Program-made: the position numbers and the translations under genes
Part shown: in pieces, positions 61,249 to 64,000 of the stretch
How the letters are laid out: each line of letters starts with the position of its first letter
How positions within the stretch are numbered: position 1 is the first letter of the stretch
Notes under the pieces: generated by a model
Databases searched by the model: none
The model's input: the letters and a program-made list of their open reading frames with translations, nothing else
Told to the model about the DNA's origin: nothing
Origin: Parcubacteria group bacterium M6-OD1-4
GTDB lineage: Bacteria > Patescibacteriota > Patescibacteriia > Patescibacteriales > UBA12465
Reading direction: 5' to 3'
Assembly (NCBI GenBank): GCA_003056205.1
Contig: LSNS01000004.1
Location: 124,630 to 188,629, forward strand
Length of the DNA: 64,000 nucleotides

Positions 61249-61554
61249 TCAATCAATGTTCTTATCTTCTCGATTTGTATTCTGTTGACTGTTCGTTGAT
61301 TTAGTAACAATTTTCTTTTCCGAACTATGTTGTTCCCGATCAATTCGTTTAAATTCTCTCAAAGCATGCACTGTCAGTCCATAAATGGAAATAAAAAAAG
61401 ATACAGCCATAGTAGTTAAAAATAACCAGGGACTAGTTTCAAATCTATTATCCAACCATTTACCTAAATACAGGCCAACAATAATTGGAAAGGCAATCCA
61501 GACTGAAACATTAACCATGGTTCGAAGAGCGACTCCCCAGGATTCATCTTTCAT
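61249..61554 (-). CDS. AtpZ/AtpI-like small membrane protein at the head of the atp operon
   Basis: Two TM segments, with GLYLGKWLDNRFETSPWLFL resembling the AtpZ signature (G..lD....t.PW). It has a charged C-terminal tail. Confidence 0.7.
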   Translation of the reverse strand: MKDESWGVALRTMVNVSVWIAFPIIVGLYLGKWLDNRFETSPWLFLTTMAVSFFISIYGLTVHALREFKRIDREQHSSEKKIVTKSTNSQQNTNREDKNID

Positions 61555-61595
61555 ATATTTAAATCCGTTTAAAAACAGATACTTAAACCGCTTTT

Positions 61596-61624
61596 TTTAT
61601 AGCGCAAAAAAACTTAAATGTCAA
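61596..61624 (-). promoter_or_regulatory. Candidate atp operon promoter (TTGACA-17-TATAAA)
   Basis: On the minus strand: TTGACA (61624..61619) and TATAAA (61601..61596), about 40 nt upstream of the atpZ-like ATG. Confidence 0.5.
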
Positions 61625-61647
61625 GACTCTGGTTTTTTATTTTTAAT

Positions 61648-62499
61648 TTAAATTTGAAAAAAAGAACGAGCAGTTTCAGTAGTAATTTTAGCTACTTTTT
61701 CTAAATTAATACCACGAATATCAGCAATACGATTAGCAACATATTGGACTAATAAAGGTTCATTTCTTTGTCCTCGATAGGGTTCTGGTGTCATATAAGG
61801 ACTATCAGTCTCAATCATTAATTTATCAAGAGGAATTTTTCTGATTAAATTGTCCCATTGCTTACTAAAAGTAATCAAACCAGTAAAAGAAATTAAAAAA
61901 CCTAACTTAAAATATTTCCAAGCGAGATTTTCATCGCCAGAGAAACAATGAATAACTCCCCAAGGCTTATTAGTCGGAATTAATTGATGATATTTATTTT
62001 TAAACTCTTGGAGAAGTGGGAATAAATCATCATGAGCTTGACGACAATGGATAATAGCTGGCAAATCAAGAGTCCGAGCTAATAATAGTTGTTGAATAAG
62101 AACAGTTTGTTGTTTTTTCTTAATAGCTGATAAATCTTTACTAGGATCTAAATGATAATAATCTAAACCAACCTCCCCGATCGCTACTACTTTTTCAAAT
62201 TTAGCAATTTTTTCATAATTATCATAATTAAATTCCTCAGCCTTGGTAATAAATCCGGAATTAGAACCAGCTTCTCCAGTATCAACAAAACCATCTTCTA
62301 AATGGACAGGGTGAAGGCCAACTGCTGCATAGACTCCTTTTTCATATTTATTGGCATATTTCAAAGCTCGGTTAGAAGTCTTAAACTCTGCTCCAGGTAA
62401 AATCATCCAAGTATTATTACTTAAAGAGCGTCGAATAACTTCATCGGCATCATCTTTAAAAACAGAAAAATTAACATGGCTATGAGTATCAATAAACAT
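61648..62499 (-). CDS. tatD: TatD-family metal-dependent hydrolase (DNase)
   Basis: MFIDTHSHVNF start, GEVGLDY, IHCR, VIHCFSG and ETDSPY motifs. Confidence 0.9.
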   Translation of the reverse strand: MFIDTHSHVNFSVFKDDADEVIRRSLSNNTWMILPGAEFKTSNRALKYANKYEKGVYAAVGLHPVHLEDGFVDTGEAGSNSGFITKAEEFNYDNYEKIAKFEKVVAIGEVGLDYYHLDPSKDLSAIKKKQQTVLIQQLLLARTLDLPAIIHCRQAHDDLFPLLQEFKNKYHQLIPTNKPWGVIHCFSGDENLAWKYFKLGFLISFTGLITFSKQWDNLIRKIPLDKLMIETDSPYMTPEPYRGQRNEPLLVQYVANRIADIRGINLEKVAKITTETARSFFQI

Positions 62500-62509
62500 A
62501 AAAATAAAA

Positions 62510-63598
62510 TTATAAATTAAGTTCTGCCAATAATTGCTTCTGTTTTTTATCTAATTTGGTTGGAATCTTAACAATTATTTTAGTAAATTGGTCTCCAAGA
62601 CCGTTATTATGTAATCTGCTAATTCCCTTTCCTCGTAATTTAAAAACTGTCCCCGCTTGAGTTCCCGCAGGAATTTTTAATTTTACTAAGCCATTAACTG
62701 TTTCAACATCAATTTTATCACCCAAAATAGCCTGACTAACACTGATTGTTTCTTCAGTATAAACATCATAATTTTGTCGTCTAAATTTTTGGTTTGCTCG
62801 TAATCTAAGACGTAAATAAAGATCCCCAGCTGGACTTCCTTGTGGGCCAGCTTCTCCTTGACCACTTAAACGAATAGACTCGCCATCATTAATGCCTGCG
62901 GGTATTTTGACCTTAATCTTAACCTGTTCATTATGAATACCACTTCCCCGACATACACTACATTTTTTACTATATATTTTCCCCTCACCGCCACAATCAG
63001 GACAAGTAGTTTGAGCCTGAATATTACCTAAAATTGTTCTTTGCAAACGAGTAACCTGTCCCGAACCACGACAAGTTTTACAAGTATCTATTTTTGATCC
63101 AGGTTCAGCACCATTACCTTGGCAATGAGCGCAAATAACGTTTTTATTAAATATTAATTCTTTTTCTAGACCATGAGCAGCTTCTAAAAAATCTAAAGTA
63201 ATCGGCATTTCTAAGTCCCGCCCACGATTTTTTTGATGAGAACTTTGACGACCACCATTAAAACCAAAAATATCACCAAAGCCACCAAACATATCCCCCA
63301 AATCTTCAAAATTCATATTGAAATCACCAGTATTTTGAAAACCACTAAAACCACCAGCTCCGGCACCAAAACCACCACCAGCCTGACCATTTTGAAAAGC
63401 CGAACCAAATTGATCATACTGTTTCTTTTTTTCTGGATTACCTAAAACTTGATTAGCTTCATTGACCTCCTTAAATTTCTCAGCATCTCCTCCTTTATCA
63501 GGATGATATTCATGGGCTTTTTTCCGAAAAGCTTTTTTAATTTCCTCCGGAGAAGCATTCTTATCAATACCTAAAATGGCATAATAATCTTTAGACAT
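62510..63598 (-). CDS. dnaJ: Molecular chaperone DnaJ (type I)
   Basis: J-domain DYYAILG...HPD, a Gly/Phe-rich linker and four CxxCxGxG zinc-finger repeats. Confidence 0.95.
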   Translation of the reverse strand: MSKDYYAILGIDKNASPEEIKKAFRKKAHEYHPDKGGDAEKFKEVNEANQVLGNPEKKKQYDQFGSAFQNGQAGGGFGAGAGGFSGFQNTGDFNMNFEDLGDMFGGFGDIFGFNGGRQSSHQKNRGRDLEMPITLDFLEAAHGLEKELIFNKNVICAHCQGNGAEPGSKIDTCKTCRGSGQVTRLQRTILGNIQAQTTCPDCGGEGKIYSKKCSVCRGSGIHNEQVKIKVKIPAGINDGESIRLSGQGEAGPQGSPAGDLYLRLRLRANQKFRRQNYDVYTEETISVSQAILGDKIDVETVNGLVKLKIPAGTQAGTVFKLRGKGISRLHNNGLGDQFTKIIVKIPTKLDKKQKQLLAELNL

Positions 63599-63650
63599 AA
63601 TAATCTTTTAGCCTTTTAATTTATAAGGATAATATTTAATTTAATAAGTC

Positions 63651-63674
63651 GCCCCTCTAATTTAACAAAGGGGC
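63651..63674 (-). other. Intercistronic stem-loop between dnaK and dnaJ
   Basis: GCCCCT (63651-63656) pairs with AGGGGC (63669-63674) around a 12-nt loop. It is the only GC-rich element in the 93-nt gap. Confidence 0.4.
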
Positions 63675-63691
63675 AACCTAAAAATAAACTA

Positions 63692-64000
63692 TTATTTTTT
63701 TTCTTCAACCTCTCCTTCCACGACTTCATCCTCTTTATTCTCTTTATTTTCTTTCTCATTCTTTTCCGTCTTATCTTCAGTAACTCCAGCCTGGGCACCA
63801 GCAGTAGCTCCAGCACCTGGAGCAGATTGGTACATCGCCGCCCCAATTTTCTGAGCAAGAGTATTCAATTCTTCCATCTTTTTCTTGATTTCTTCAAGAT
63901 CTCCGCCTTCTTGAGCTTTTTTAAGAGCGGCGGACTTATCTTCCATCTCTTTTTTATCTTCTGGTTTCATTTTATCACCTGATTCTTTTAGCATTTTTTC
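63692..64000 (-). CDS. dnaK: Molecular chaperone DnaK, 3' fragment (N-terminus beyond the window end)
   Basis: The frame stays open to position 64000. The C-terminal lid and tail (...LEEIKKKMEELNTLAQKIGAAMYQ...) and the acidic EEKK end are typical of DnaK, and it lies immediately upstream of dnaJ. Confidence 0.9.
   Translation of the reverse strand, partial: EKMLKESGDKMKPEDKKEMEDKSAALKKAQEGGDLEEIKKKMEELNTLAQKIGAAMYQSAPGAGATAGAQAGVTEDKTEKNEKENKENKEDEVVEGEVEEKK

Noticed and set aside
63616-63858. A minus-strand 80-aa Arg/Lys-rich ORF overlapping the dnaK 3' end in another frame
   Set aside because: The dnaK frame (63692..64000) gives a recognisable DnaK C-terminus. The alternative frame is low-complexity.

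Overview
This is an AT-rich (roughly one-third G+C by eye), tightly packed bacterial chromosome segment. I called about 60 protein genes and 3 tRNAs. I saw no rRNA, CRISPR array, transposase, integrase or phage genes. Almost everything is core housekeeping. The gene-content style suggests a reduced Patescibacteria/CPR-like genome, but that is inference only: many orphan polytopic or secreted envelope proteins, PEGA, beta-propeller and DUF3160-like proteins, several degenerate enzymes, and few Shine-Dalgarno sites.

Main blocks:
- tpiA, an epimerase, gyrB and a DUF212 protein (0.5-4.9 kb).
- A 12-kb co-directional minus-strand block (5.0-16.9 kb): small TM protein, membrane-anchored Clp-like ATPase, WecA/MraY-family transferase, beta-propeller lipoprotein, polytopic protein, HtrA-like PDZ protein, pgk, eno, truncated iPGM-like protein.
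- clpB behind a perfect CIRCE operator (17.0-19.7 kb).
- def and fmt, tRNA-Glu, a small AT-rich islet with a CDF transporter, then tRNA-Lys and tRNA-Thr.
- dnaB-ybaB-recR, rplU, murA.
- galU plus three GT2 glycosyltransferases and a DUF167 protein.
- A thymidylate operon: dCMP deaminase, tandem ThyX-like protein, P-loop kinase, tmk, dut, followed by gatB.
- miaA and miaB.
- Three large envelope proteins (43.8-50.1 kb), then mltG.
- groES-groEL behind a second CIRCE.
- An orphan 282-aa protein.
- A complete F1Fo ATP synthase operon (atpZ-BEFHAGDC), tatD, dnaJ and the 3' end of dnaK.

I found no convincing novel multi-gene system such as a defence, secretion or mobile system. The most unusual items:
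1. A membrane-anchored Hsp100 paralog with a triply inactivated first AAA+ module and a small TM partner, back-to-back with CIRCE-controlled clpB.
2. An iPGM relic in the pgk-eno operon that lacks the transferase domain and most metal ligands.
3. A tandem-duplicated ThyX whose two halves keep complementary parts of the active-site motif.
4. An orphan protein with beta-carbonic-anhydrase-like CxDxR and HxxC motifs.
5. Largely SD-independent starts, with two candidate leaderless genes.

All functional calls rest on motif recognition by eye from the supplied translations. No database search was run.
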